A DNA stretch of 64,000 bases from assembly GCA_963779255.1 (NCBI GenBank), contig CAVZXU010000025.1, forward strand, positions 67-64,066, in the 5' to 3' direction. The notes under the pieces are model-generated. The model was not told where the DNA came from and ran no database searches. It saw only the letters and a list, made by a program, of their open reading frames with translations. The position numbers and the translations under genes were made by a program. The number at the start of each line of letters is the position of its first letter. Position 1 is the stretch's first letter. Source of the stretch: Terriglobia bacterium. Lineage in GTDB: Bacteria > Acidobacteriota > Terriglobia > Terriglobales > Acidobacteriaceae. Shown piece after piece: positions 30,058 through 39,564 of this stretch.

Positions 30058-30414
30058 TCACTGTAGCGGGCGAGCAAACGACAACTCGTGGCCATCCGGA
30101 TCTGGCATGTGGAAATACCGCTCGCCCCATGACGCATCTCGCGGACTCTCTGGATTAAATCCTTTTCCCCGCAGGTACTCCCAGAACGCATCCACGTCCG
30201 CCACGTAGAAAATCATCCGGCCCCAACCAGGAACCGAATGACCTTGCTCTAGATTAAGGATAGGGGCGCTGCCGTCCTTGGCGCGAAGCGAAGAGAAAAA
30301 CGCATCTTCCCCTCCGAAAACAATCTCCATGCCCAAGACACCTCCATAGAACTGCACGGAAGCCTTCATATTCAAAACCCGAAAAGTCACAGCAGAAATC
30401 CTTTCAATCCACAT
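30058..30414 (-). CDS. VOC/glyoxalase-family protein
   Basis: ATG at 30414 follows GGAGG. ISAVTFRVLNMKASVQFYGGVLGMEIVF .. RYFHMPDPDGHELSF. Confidence 0.8.
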   Translation of the reverse strand: MWIERISAVTFRVLNMKASVQFYGGVLGMEIVFGGEDAFFSSLRAKDGSAPILNLEQGHSVPGWGRMIFYVADVDAFWEYLRGKGFNPESPRDASWGERYFHMPDPDGHELSFARPLQ

Positions 30415-30558
30415 CGTGCCTCCAAAGAAACGCGACAGCGCCGTCGGGACACGCGCCGCCATTTTCGACCCGGTTACTTCCGTCACCCGCTTTGAACCTT
30501 CCTCCCTCAATCTAGTCGCCGCTCACGCTACGATCAAGATTCCTTAGCAGGAGGTATC

Positions 30559-31212
30559 GTGCATCGGCATCTGGTGATATTCGCTTCATTGTTCCTATTT
30601 CTGTGGGCCGCCATCTCGACCGGCTGCTCCAGCAAACCGGCAGAGGAAAGCTCAGACTCGAGCACTCCTCCCAGCAAATCAGCCAGTTTCTTCGGCCCCA
30701 AAGAAGTGACGCTCCCGGCAGGTACCGTCATCACCGTGCGGCTCGGAAGCACCGTGGGGTCGAAGGCGAGCAACACCGGCGACCATTTCAATGCAACGAT
30801 TGCAACGCCAGTTGAGTCAGGCGGCAAAGTCGTGCTTCCCAAGGGAGCTGAGGCACTAGGCAGAGTCGTTGAAGCCGTGCCGCAGGGCCGCTTTAAAGGC
30901 GCCGCCGTACTACGGCTAGTCCTGGAGACCGTCACGCTAAACAAAGACAGCTACGACGTCCAAACAAGTTCAGTCAGCCGCTCCCTCAAGGGCAAGGGCA
31001 AACGTACCGCGACCTTTATCGGTGGCGGCGCTGGGGGTGGGGCCCTCATCGGCGGTCTAGCCGGTGGCGGCAAAGGCGCCCTCATCGGTGCAGCATTGGG
31101 TGCAGGTGCAGGAACCGCGGGAGCGGCCTACACCGGAGAGAAGGAGATTGTCCTACCTGCCGAGTCCACCCTCAGCTTCAAACTCACCGAACCCCTCACC
31201 ATCAAGCTCTAG
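30559..31212 (+). CDS. Lipoprotein with a C-terminal glycine-zipper region
   Basis: Lipobox LWAAISTGC. GGGAGGGALIGGLAGGGKGALIGAALGAGAGTAGAAY. Confidence 0.75.
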   Translation: MHRHLVIFASLFLFLWAAISTGCSSKPAEESSDSSTPPSKSASFFGPKEVTLPAGTVITVRLGSTVGSKASNTGDHFNATIATPVESGGKVVLPKGAEALGRVVEAVPQGRFKGAAVLRLVLETVTLNKDSYDVQTSSVSRSLKGKGKRTATFIGGGAGGGALIGGLAGGGKGALIGAALGAGAGTAGAAYTGEKEIVLPAESTLSFKLTEPLTIKL

Positions 31213-31299
31213 CAGTTAGTCTCACGACCAACCCACGGCGAAAAGAAAAGCCGCCCACCTGGGCGGCTCTCCCCTCGCAGAAGTATCAAGAAACAAAAA

Positions 31300-31326
31300 C
31301 AGCCCCCCGCCAGGGGACTGTTTTTT
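31300..31326 (+). terminator. Rho-independent terminator
   Basis: CAGCCCC-ccgcca-GGGGACTG followed by TTTTTT. Confidence 0.7.
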
Positions 31327-31793
31327 CGTAAGCTGGCAGTCTGGTGCGACGTTGGAATCTTTTTGAGAACGCCGACTTCCTTCCGTTACTCACTTATTCG
31401 CCCTTACACGACGTAGGTATTGGGTCGAGAAAAAGACTCCGAATACGATGGCAGGAAAAAGAATCGCGACAATAGGAGGGGAGGAGGGAGTTAGAAATCA
31501 GGCCAAAGGCAGGTGTCGCTTCTATATATAGAAGCATTACCGAAAACCCATCTCCCGTCCACGCACAACCCACGACCCAATCTCGCAGAATCCGCGTCCC
31601 GCGCGCATTGCACGAAGAACAGGCACTTTCGTGCCATTGCCTACCCCTCTCTGCGGGCGGAGAATGCCTGCGCGAAAGAGTCCTGAGGGGCGTCGCGGTC
31701 AACCAGCTCGACGGTACCCCTCCAACATCAACGCCACTTCACACGCGGCCGAGCTATATCGGCCGCCTTCTTATTTGCCCAGGCTCCGCCCAA

Positions 31794-31858
31794 ACTCCCA
31801 GCTCCTAACTCCCAGCTCCCAACTCAACTCCCAGCTCCCCAACAACTCCCAACTCAAG
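31794..31858. repeat. Heptanucleotide tandem array (CTCCCAG/CTCCCAA type, ~9 units, slightly irregular)
   Basis: CTCCCAG CTCCTAA CTCCCAG CTCCCAA CTCAA CTCCCAG CTCCCCA ACAA CTCCCAA CTCAAGA. Confidence 0.75.
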
Positions 31859-31976
31859 ATTCCGCATCCCCAAGCCAAAACCCCGCCACGCGACCACGCA
31901 GAATTCGAGACGTCCATCTCATGAGAGATCTGCGTCCTGGTATTTCTAACACGCACCGAAACTGCCCGAAACCGCC

Positions 31977-32550
31977 ATGCCCAGCAAAACCGCAGAACCA
32001 GTTCAGATTTACCAGCTCAAGGTCATCCTTCGCGGCGCACACAAACCCATCTGGCGTCAGTTACAGGTAAAAAGCGACATCACCCTCGCCAAACTCCACC
32101 GCATTCTGCAAACCGTCATGGGTTGGACGAACACCCACCTCCACCGGTTCCTCATCCGGGGCGCGCAATACGAGATGCCCGATGAGGGCGACGTGGTTCT
32201 GCGCAAGATGATCGACGGGCGCAAACAACAGGCTCAGCGATGTCGTCTCGGGTCAAGCCTCGCGGTTTATTTACGAGTACGATTTCGGCGACGGGTGGCA
32301 GCACGAGCTCCTCGTCGAAGACATTCTTTCCCCGGAGGCAGGGTGCGGTATCCGGTTTGCCTTGCGGGCGCCCGCGCTTGTCCACCCGAAGACGTAGGCG
32401 GAGCACTCGGTTACCAGAGCTTGCTGGAGGCGATCCATAACCTAAATCATCCGCAGCATGACGAATACCTGGAATGGATCGGGGACGGTTTTCGACCCCG
32501 AGGCGTTCCACGTGGACGAGGTCAATCGGAAACTGCGCCAGCTGAAGTAA
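31977..32550 (+). pseudogene. pRiA4b ORF-3-like (PF07929) protein, at least 3 frameshifts
   Basis: IYQLKVILRGAHKPIWRQLQV..TLAKLHRILQTVMGWTNTHLHRF. The expected YEYDFGDGWQHELLVEDIL lies in another frame (ORF 32240..32440 region), followed by YPVCLAGARACPPEDVGGALGY. The tail DPEAFHVDEVNRKLRQLK-stop ends at 32550. Confidence 0.7.
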
Positions 32551-32805
32551 TTAGAGCCAATCGCCCGAACCCACTAAGGCCGCTCACCCCGGTCCTTTTT
32601 TGAAAAGCGTTTTTTGAAAAGCGTCTTGACGCGCGACGAGTCTCAGGCGTACGATTTTGTCGCCCTGGGTAAGCACGAAGGGAATAGCGGGTTCGAGGAT
32701 GAAAGGCCCGCAGCGTACCTGTGCTTCGGCACGTTAATCGCGCCTCATTGTGCTACCCAGGTTTTTTTGTTTCGGGCTGAGGAACTCCCACGACTGTTTC
32801 CAGAC

Positions 32806-32990
32806 AAAAAGCCCGACCACATCGGGCTTTTTGGCAACACCATCACGCAAAATCCGCGACCCAGACCTCACGAAAAACTCGCGACCCAATCACACAAAAT
32901 TCGATACCCATCTCCTCGCCTTCTTCCCAGGGTAGCCAGCACCCCACCCGCTCAAGGTCCGTATTTCCCAAAGCCCGCCTACGGCGGGCT
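32806..32990. repeat. Copy A of a ~180 bp repeat unit containing a bidirectional terminator hairpin
   Basis: AAAAAGCCCGAccacaTCGGGCTTTTT at 32806-32832. Two CGCAAAATCCGCGACCC-type motifs lie at 32846-32862 and 32871-32887. A 48 nt block at 32912-32959 matches 34037-34084 at 46 of 48 positions. Confidence 0.75.
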
Positions 32991-33116
32991 ACTTTATTGT
33001 TTCTGCCTCCGGCGCTCCACCTTGACCCGGCGGGGAACCCCGCTCGTTCCCCTGAAGTGTGGCGAGTCGCCAGCCCGACCCCACGGCTAAACACTAAGGC
33101 TGGGTTTATTAACTCT

Positions 33117-33287
33117 ATGTCAAACCTTCCGAAGTATTACTTCCAGGACATTCCGGCCTACCTGATGGACGAAATCATTGCCGGAATGATCGAGGGCAAA
33201 ACCGAGCCAACACCCGAAGAAATGGAGGAGTGGCTTGCCTCCGACCTGGAACGCGAGGCCGAAATGCTCCTTGCACAGTATTCTTGA
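33117..33287 (+). CDS. Possible small acidic protein (56 aa)
   Basis: The ORF begins MSNLPKYYFQDIPAYLMDEIIAGMIEGK.. and has no convincing RBS. Confidence 0.3.
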   Translation: MSNLPKYYFQDIPAYLMDEIIAGMIEGKTEPTPEEMEEWLASDLEREAEMLLAQYS

Positions 33288-33388
33288 TTACCAGAGAGCG
33301 GGACAAGGTCCCGCTCTCTTTCTTTTTGCTCGTCGAACGTCACCCCCAAGCGACTTGGCACCGGGCTCAAACTGTGCGACAAGAGCTC

Positions 33389-33841
33389 ATGCGGGCTCGA
33401 CGCCTTTCCCAGTTCGTCATCCTCTTCTTGTCTGGCCTGCCGCTTCTCGCAAACGCGCAACAGAGATCCGCCGACACCAACAAAGTCGTCGCGCTTGAAA
33501 AGAAATGGACGGAGGCATACAAACAGCGCGACGTAGGCATCTTGTCCTCGCTTCTTGCGGAGGAGTTCGTCATCACGGTCGAGGACGGCAGTACCTACGG
33601 CAAGTTGGGGTATATCAGCCACAGCGCTGACGCTTCGGTGCGCGTGGAAGTGGCCGAGCTATCGGACCTCAGGGTCCGGGTCCATGGAAACGTGGCTGTC
33701 GTGACCGGTGCTTATCACGAGAGTGGGACCTCGAAGGGCAAGCCGTATGAGTATCGTGATCGCCTGACGGACGTCTGGGTTAAATCACCGGCTGGGTGGC
33801 AGGTCATTGCCTCCCATTACAGTGTTCCACTAACCCCCTGA
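33389..33841 (+). CDS. Secreted SnoaL-like / DUF4440 (NTF2-fold) protein
   Basis: Signal peptide MRARRLSQFVILFLSGLPLLANAQ. LEKKWTEAYKQRDVGILSSLLAEEFV..VAVVTGAY..DVWVKSPAGWQVIASHYS. Confidence 0.7.
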   Translation: MRARRLSQFVILFLSGLPLLANAQQRSADTNKVVALEKKWTEAYKQRDVGILSSLLAEEFVITVEDGSTYGKLGYISHSADASVRVEVAELSDLRVRVHGNVAVVTGAYHESGTSKGKPYEYRDRLTDVWVKSPAGWQVIASHYSVPLTP

Positions 33842-33932
33842 CCAGAGACCAGCTCAGTACTCGGCGCGTCCGCAATCCAATACCGCCAACCGAATGGCGT
33901 GCTTCGCCCTCTTCTCCTTCACCCTCTCCGCC

Positions 33933-34110
33933 AAAAAGCCCGCCCACATCGGGCTTTTCGGCAACCGAGTCATGCAAAACCGCGACCCGCATCTCCCGAT
34001 AAGTCCGCGACCTAACCCGGAAAATCCATGACCTCTCTCCTCGCCTTCTTCTCAGTGTAGCCAGCACCCCACCCGCTCAAGGTCTCCATTTTCCTAAAGC
34101 CCGCTCCAGG
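33933..34110. repeat. Copy B of the ~180 bp repeat unit
   Basis: AAAAAGCCCGcccacatCGGGCTTTT at 33933-33958. Motifs TGCAAAACCGCGACCC (33973-33988) and CGATAAGTCCGCGACCT (33997-34013). The conserved 48 nt block lies at 34037-34084. Confidence 0.75.
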
Positions 34111-34119
34111 AGGAGAGGA

Positions 34120-34891
34120 GCGACGTCTCATCACTGGTTCGCAATTCGGATGGGGCCTGGCCTGGACCCCGGACGGCCGCAATATTGTCTTCGGAAGGGC
34201 TGGTTGGTTGGCGACGTCAGGTTGGCTTTGGAAGATCTCCCGGCATGGGGGCGAGCCCGAACGGTTGCAATTCGGTCAGGAGGGCACCGAACCTTCGATT
34301 CGCGGGAATCGATTGGTGTACGCGCGCCAGGTTACAAATCTCAATATCTGGAAGCGAAAACTCGGCTCATTGCCTTCATTGGTTCCCGCCGAGCGGTTCC
34401 TGTCTTCCACGACAATCGAAAGCGGTCCTCAGTTCTCGCCAGACGGGAGCAGGATTGTCTTCGAGTCCACCCGCAGTGGTGCTTATGAAGTGTGGGAGTG
34501 CCGAAGCGAAGGAAGCAACCTCGTTCAACTGACGCACCTCAACTCTGTGACGGGAACTCCACGCTGGTCGCCCGACGGACAGCAGATTGCCTTCGATTCT
34601 CGCGCTCCTGGCAATGCAGACATCTTCGCCATGGATTCTCGGGGTGGCTCGCTTCGTAACCTAACCAATGAGGCGTCGACCGACGTCGTGCCCAGCTGGT
34701 CGCGAGACGGGCGCTGGATCTATTTCGCATCAGATCGCAGCGGCGAGTGGCAAGTATGGAAGATGCCGTCGGCAGGCGGGCCTGCCAACGACCCAGATGC
34801 GGCTCCAAATGACACCTGCCAAGGAGGGCCTAATGCACCGGAGGCGGCAGGACAAAGTCTGACTACTACACGTCCTTACCCGATCAGTTGA
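34120..34891 (+). pseudogene. C-terminal TolB-like beta-propeller fragment (5'-truncated, with an internal frame break near 34200)
   Basis: GLAWTPDGRNIVF.. then WKISRHGGEPERLQFGQEG, PQFSPDGSRIVFES, PRWSPDGQQIAFDS, VPSWSRDGRWIYFASDRSGEWQVWKMP. No N-terminal domain or start codon is present. The fragment begins at the edge of repeat copy B. Confidence 0.65.
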
Positions 34892-37109
34892 TTGCGACCA
34901 CGTCGTACACATCCAGCTCCGGCAGAACGAACTCGACACGGGTTCCGTGCACCGAGGCGACCTCGATATTCGCTGCCTCCCCGTCCGGCGAGAAAAGCTG
35001 AATCCGCTTACTGTCGATCTGCCTGACCACCCCGTCCAGGTTCACACTCACCCGGACATCCTTGATCGGGGTGTGGTAATTGACGAAATGCAATATGACC
35101 CGCTCACTATCCGTTTTCTTGACCACGTTGGCGGCAACGTAATTGGTTCCGGGAATCGTAATCACCTGCTCGCCGGACAGTTCGTTGATTTTGGCCAGCA
35201 GTTCCTGGCGGCTTGGCTCATTCTGTGCGTCGTCCAGTATCGATGCCGGTGATTGCACATCAGCCAGTCCCCGCAGTTCCCGATTACTTCCGATGGTGTA
35301 GATCTTCCCACCGTTCTTCTTGTATGTACGGATAGCCGCGATCTGGTCGGTATCCATATACGGGATGTTGGGAATGACGATCGCCTTGTAAGGCGAAAGC
35401 AGTTCGGGCGTTAAGCGGTGCAAGAGAACAACGTCGTACATCACGTTCGTCTCAGCCAGCGCGTTGTAGAGATTGTCGCGTTTCAGCGAGACCTCGAAGC
35501 TCGGAATGTGCGGCGGGGAGACCACCGCGATCTTGCTGACGCAAGCGACGCCCGTGTAGAGATCCTGGTGGTCTGACAGGAAGCTGAAGTAACGGCTGAT
35601 GTCTGCCCATGTCTGAACCGCGATCGGGTTGTCGTGCATGATCCAGCCGTGAAGCATTTTCTCGCCGGCTTCGGCGATTGCGAAATGGGACTGAAACGCC
35701 GACGCCTCGGCGATCGGCTTTCTCCACCCGACCTTCATCCCATCGCGCACATCGTGTGCGCCGGGATTGGGAACACCTGGGTCGGCCCCCTCGTATTTGC
35801 TCTCGTATGACTTCACACCGTAACCGGAGGCGTAATAGAACCTGGCTTGGGCGATGTTGTGTACCCATTTGCCGTCCCAGACTCCTGCTTCACTAGTGCC
35901 TTCGCTCTTAATCAGGTCCGCAACCTCATCCACCAGGATGTTGCCTTTGCAGTTGCCAAAGATCGAAATATTCTTTCCCTTGCTTGCAGCAAGTTGACGA
36001 ACTTCGTCCAAAAAGTGAATGACGTCGCCGGTCCCCCCGATGGACCAGTCGTAATAGAGTTCATCGACCCCGGCGTCTATTGCGACCCCGGCTTGTTGTA
36101 ACGCGTTGCGCCGGTAGTCCTCATTCTGCAAGTCGGCGGAGAAGCTGTTATCCGGCGCGCGCCATCTCAGGTTGCCGTATTCATCCCGGCTGATCCAACT
36201 TCGTTTTTCGGGGTGCATCAGCACATCGCGAACGCCGAGCCCTCCCAGGGAATTGAACGCCGTCACGCGGATATTGTTGGCGTGGCAGCGGTCGATGAAG
36301 GCCTTCACGCGACGATATTCTTCGCTTGACGTGTCGCTGGGCACGTGGGTCGCGACCAAATTAATGTGCGCTTCTTTGAACATCTCGAACATGCGGTCAA
36401 GATGGCCCCAATCGATTCCCGCCCGATAGAAATTTACCTTTCCGCGACGCGCCCATGCCGGGATGCCTTCGAGCGAACGCTTCTTTTCACTTCTGTAGTT
36501 GAAAATAAAGTCGAAGTCGCGAATCGTGGCGGACCTTCCTCTGCCCAGAAGGTGATAGGTCTGGCCGATCAGCGTGGGGACAGTCTGGGGGACGGATTCC
36601 AAGCGCAGGTCGATCACCTCGTACCCACCAGCATCGGGGCTCTTGAAGAACTCGATTTCATTGATACCGGCTTGCAGGTGGGCGGGACTGAGAGGTATCA
36701 CGATCTTACCTGTAATGTCGTCTCCACTCGTAAAGGAATACCAACCTTCTTTGCCGGGCTGATTCTTTCCAGTGTCCCGGGCCGGTCCAGTCGTCTCTCC
36801 CATCTGGCCGGGAAGATCGTACTTGTGACCGTTGACGGTCGCATAACCTTCCCCCGGCGCAAGGCCACTGACGAGAATCACCAATCCCGGCGAGGTCAGC
36901 CGCTCTGGCGCATCGAGCCTAACGACATAGCCCTTGACCCGGTCTTTTCGGCCAGACAGTTCGTACTCATACGAGGGCGCAACGACGTAAGCCTGGTAGA
37001 GGGCGTTGTCCGATTTAGCCGCCTCCTGAGCGTGACAAACACCGATATGGTTGAGGAGCACGAAAACCACGGCCCCCAGAAGCATGCGAACGAATCCTCT
37101 TGTCTCCAT
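34884..37109 (-). CDS. Secreted protein resembling a glycoside-hydrolase-like TIM barrel with a C-terminal GH42-type trimerisation-like domain; function uncertain
   Basis: Intact ORF. ATG at 37109 follows GGAGGA. Signal METRGFVRMLLGAVVFVLLNHIGVCHA. INLVATHVP..AFIDRCHANNIRVTAFNS and YKAIVIPNIPYMDTDQIAAIRTYKKNGGKIYTIG. Confidence 0.6.
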   Translation of the reverse strand: METRGFVRMLLGAVVFVLLNHIGVCHAQEAAKSDNALYQAYVVAPSYEYELSGRKDRVKGYVVRLDAPERLTSPGLVILVSGLAPGEGYATVNGHKYDLPGQMGETTGPARDTGKNQPGKEGWYSFTSGDDITGKIVIPLSPAHLQAGINEIEFFKSPDAGGYEVIDLRLESVPQTVPTLIGQTYHLLGRGRSATIRDFDFIFNYRSEKKRSLEGIPAWARRGKVNFYRAGIDWGHLDRMFEMFKEAHINLVATHVPSDTSSEEYRRVKAFIDRCHANNIRVTAFNSLGGLGVRDVLMHPEKRSWISRDEYGNLRWRAPDNSFSADLQNEDYRRNALQQAGVAIDAGVDELYYDWSIGGTGDVIHFLDEVRQLAASKGKNISIFGNCKGNILVDEVADLIKSEGTSEAGVWDGKWVHNIAQARFYYASGYGVKSYESKYEGADPGVPNPGAHDVRDGMKVGWRKPIAEASAFQSHFAIAEAGEKMLHGWIMHDNPIAVQTWADISRYFSFLSDHQDLYTGVACVSKIAVVSPPHIPSFEVSLKRDNLYNALAETNVMYDVVLLHRLTPELLSPYKAIVIPNIPYMDTDQIAAIRTYKKNGGKIYTIGSNRELRGLADVQSPASILDDAQNEPSRQELLAKINELSGEQVITIPGTNYVAANVVKKTDSERVILHFVNYHTPIKDVRVSVNLDGVVRQIDSKRIQLFSPDGEAANIEVASVHGTRVEFVLPELDVYDVVAIN

Positions 37110-37524
37110 GTCATCCTCCACGCGCATCACTTCTTGGGCCAAAGTTTGGAATAGGCCGGAGTGTCCCCCTGACGGCGCAATTGTAGCTGTGAGAGGCGGT
37201 CTTGTCAGTTGGCGAAAACAGGCGTTTACACTTTTACACTCACAACCCCTCACTGAGCGAAATTTGGGTTTCTGGCTCGCTTTTTTTCAATTTTTTCCAA
37301 GTCGAAGAGACGGAAATCGGTCATTGCGTTTGGCGGACCCCTGAGGGTTGGACAACCTTAATCGTACCCAGCGTCAGCTTCCGCAGAATGTCCAATTTTG
37401 GACGACTCGAATCGGAAGGGCTGCATGCCATGGCGGGAAGGGGGGAACCGGAAGGACTGTGTACCATTTTGTGTACCACCGTACCCGCGAAGGACCGTTA
37501 GCCGATGCCATCACCCTTTCCAGG

Positions 37525-37553
37525 CAAAAACAAAACCCGCTGATTTAGCGGGT
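37525..37553 (-). terminator. Rho-independent terminator immediately downstream of the partial tRNA-Glu copy (the original tRNA terminator)
   Basis: On the minus strand, ACCCGCT-aaatc-AGCGGGT is followed by TTTTGTTTTTG, 17 nt after the end of the tRNA fragment. Confidence 0.65.
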
Positions 37554-37569
37554 CTTAGCGGATGATAGC

Positions 37570-37617
37570 TGGTAGCGCTAACGGGAATCGAACCCGTGTT
37601 TGAAGATTGAGAATCTT
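37570..37617 (-). repeat. Distal att repeat: a 48 nt copy of the 3' two-thirds of tRNA-Glu(CUC)
   Basis: Identical to 41150-41197 (tggtagcgctaacgggaatcgaacccgtgtttgaagattgagaatctt). The flanking bases differ on both sides. Confidence 0.9.
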
Positions 37618-38058
37618 TAGTTGGCATTCGGCAACGTTGTTGAAATGAAAGACTTAACCTAATTTCGCCCGCACGGAAGGCTCGACAGCCAACGTTGATA
37701 GAGTTGGCACTTAGCAGTAGCGGTTGAAACTCTACGTCACAATCACGTCACAAAAAAACAGCGCCGCAGAAAAGAACATAAGCCTGTGTTTCGGGGGTCT
37801 GCGGGCGTCTGGGCGATTCGATATTCCCTGGTAGGGCGCTTCAGTAAATCGGACTCAACAGAGACTCTACCCGTTGTGGCCTCGCAGCCTGTGCCTGTTG
37901 CCAGGTTTCAGCTCCGGGTCTTTCCCCACGGCATGCATCGTCGCTTCGGTCCACAGATAGCGCAGCAGCGAGTTGCCTTCCTTGGTCTGTTGGGACTCCA
38001 CGCGGATCGTGTCGGGAAAGGTGAACCCTTTTAATCCACAGGGTACATGTACTAAAAT

Positions 38059-38086
38059 ATTGACAGAGCAAGCTTAAAGGGTATCA
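38059..38086 (+). promoter_or_regulatory. Candidate sigma70-type promoter for the small ORF / Fic pair
   Basis: TTGACA (38059-38064), a 16 nt spacer, then TATCAT (38081-38086), about 58 nt upstream of the ATG at 38144. Confidence 0.45.
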
Positions 38087-38143
38087 TGCCTATCCGAGCC
38101 CATTCGGAAAACCAGCCGAACAAAAGGTGAAAAGGGGAACGTT

Positions 38144-38353
38144 ATGGCAGACAGGAAACAGTTCTTTGGCGACATCAAACCCGATCCCGAACTCGTAGAA
38201 CTTTTGAAAGCGGCGGCTCAAACCACAGTGACTGAGGAGGACCTGCACGAACAGCGGATCAGCTTCGCTTTTGGCAATGCCCCAGCCGACGCTAAGAATA
38301 TAACCAAGGACAGTGTGCGGCATACATCTGAGCACATACGGTTGCGGTCGTAA
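38144..38353 (+). CDS. Small protein (69 aa) immediately upstream of the Fic gene
   Basis: ATG follows GGGGA. The protein contains ..EEDLHEQRISFAFGNAP.. Its position and size are those of class I Fic antitoxins, but the motif is not canonical. Confidence 0.5.
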   Translation: MADRKQFFGDIKPDPELVELLKAAAQTTVTEEDLHEQRISFAFGNAPADAKNITKDSVRHTSEHIRLRS

Positions 38354-38401
38354 ACATTTTTTGCATGGCCCGCCCACGACGCGGGCCACATCTCCTCTGC
38401 C

Positions 38402-38996
38402 ATGTCCGTTCGAGAAAAAGATAATCCTGCCCTGTATACGAGGATTCAAGAACAAAATCTACTGCGGCAATACGACCTGCTCTCGAATTGCGTCGAGATC
38501 GCGCTAGAAAAAGGCATCGAATCCTTCAACAAATACACATTATGGGCCTTAAACTATGCAGCCGTCGCCAATATAGCTCAGTTCGGGGAAGATACCGTGA
38601 GGAGCCGATTCTCGTTGGGCGCCACATTCCTCCGCATTTCAAGAATGTCCCGGATTTGATGGATCGGTCCTTTTCGCTCATTCACGAAAACTGGACGTTG
38701 GTTGACCATCCGACCTGGCTGGCGGCTTACGCTCTGTGGAGATTGAACTGGATTCATCCATTCGTCGAGGGCAACGGAAGAACAGCCAGGGCGGCGTGCT
38801 ACTACTTGATCTGCATGAAACATGGCAAATTGCTTCCGGGTAGGAAAATAGTTCCCGAACGCATTCGCGAGGACCGAGCGCCTTATATGCTGCACTGCGT
38901 AGCGCCGATCAAGCTTGGGATGAGGGCAAACTCGACGTTTCCCAACTGGCAAAGTATCTCGAAGAACTGCTAAAGGGCCAGCTCGCCAACAAGTGA
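38402..38996 (+). pseudogene. Fic/DOC family protein with two frameshifts
   Basis: The Fic motif HPFVEGNGRTAR lies in ORF 38488..38973. The N-terminal part is in ORF 38402..38659 (break near 38590). The C-terminal tail ..AWDEGKLDVSQLAKYLEELLKGQLANK-stop is in a third frame (break near 38885). Confidence 0.8.
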
Positions 38997-39564
38997 TGCC
39001 GCCACCCGGTGGCTTCTTTCTACGCGCTGATGGGCTTTATTGCGAACGCGTAATTCAGCCACCGCGGCCCCTCAACCAAAGTGACTTTGCGTGCCGTGCA
39101 AAGTCATGTTAGTAGTGACTACCTAGGCTGGAGCTCGATGGCGTTTGTCGGACTGAAGTGAGGAACGGATGGGACGAACTTAACTGTGACGAGAGTTTCT
39201 TTCTCGGTCATCCCGACCTTCCTACAAGCCGTTCTGGAGTGGCTAAGAATCGCGCCCTCAGCTTTGTTCGAAACGGCGGTCGCGGTTCCACATTCGACGA
39301 GCGCGGCTGTGGGCTTTGCGGCCACGAGCCACGAGGCGACGAACCCACTGATTGACAGGGCGCCCGTCCTCGTCGACTAGGCCGTTTTCCAGGCCAACAA
39401 AAAGGAGCGCTTGCTCCCACGTCAGCTCCGACGCTGCGTCTTCGAACCGGCGCAGGACGTCCTCATCGGTGATGGTGATAGTGCTTAACAGCCTGTGGTG
39501 CAAGTCTCGATTCCTTGACGAAAAAGATTTCGTGATCCACAGCGATCGTTCGTAGAATGCGCGC

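Noticed and set aside
31394-33094. Listed ORFs 31394..31702, 31631..31924, 32614..33090 and 32843..33094 as genes
   Set aside because: They run through heptamer arrays, terminator hairpins and the ~180 bp repeat units. They have low-complexity translations (SWELSWEL, PRPRPHEK) and are not conserved between the repeat copies.
37841-38035. A minus-strand protein-like segment (..FTFPDTIRVESQQTKEGNSLLRYLWTEATMHAVGKDPELK..) at the distal end of the island
   Set aside because: It has no start codon, no recognisable family and is bounded by stops. It is probably another gene remnant of the island cargo, but this is unsupported.
38144-38353. Calling the 69 aa ORF a bona fide VbhA/YhfG-type Fic antitoxin
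   Set aside because: The candidate motif is S-F-A-F-G-N and lacks the inhibitory Glu of [S/T]xxxE[G/N]. The ORF is reported as a hypothesis only.
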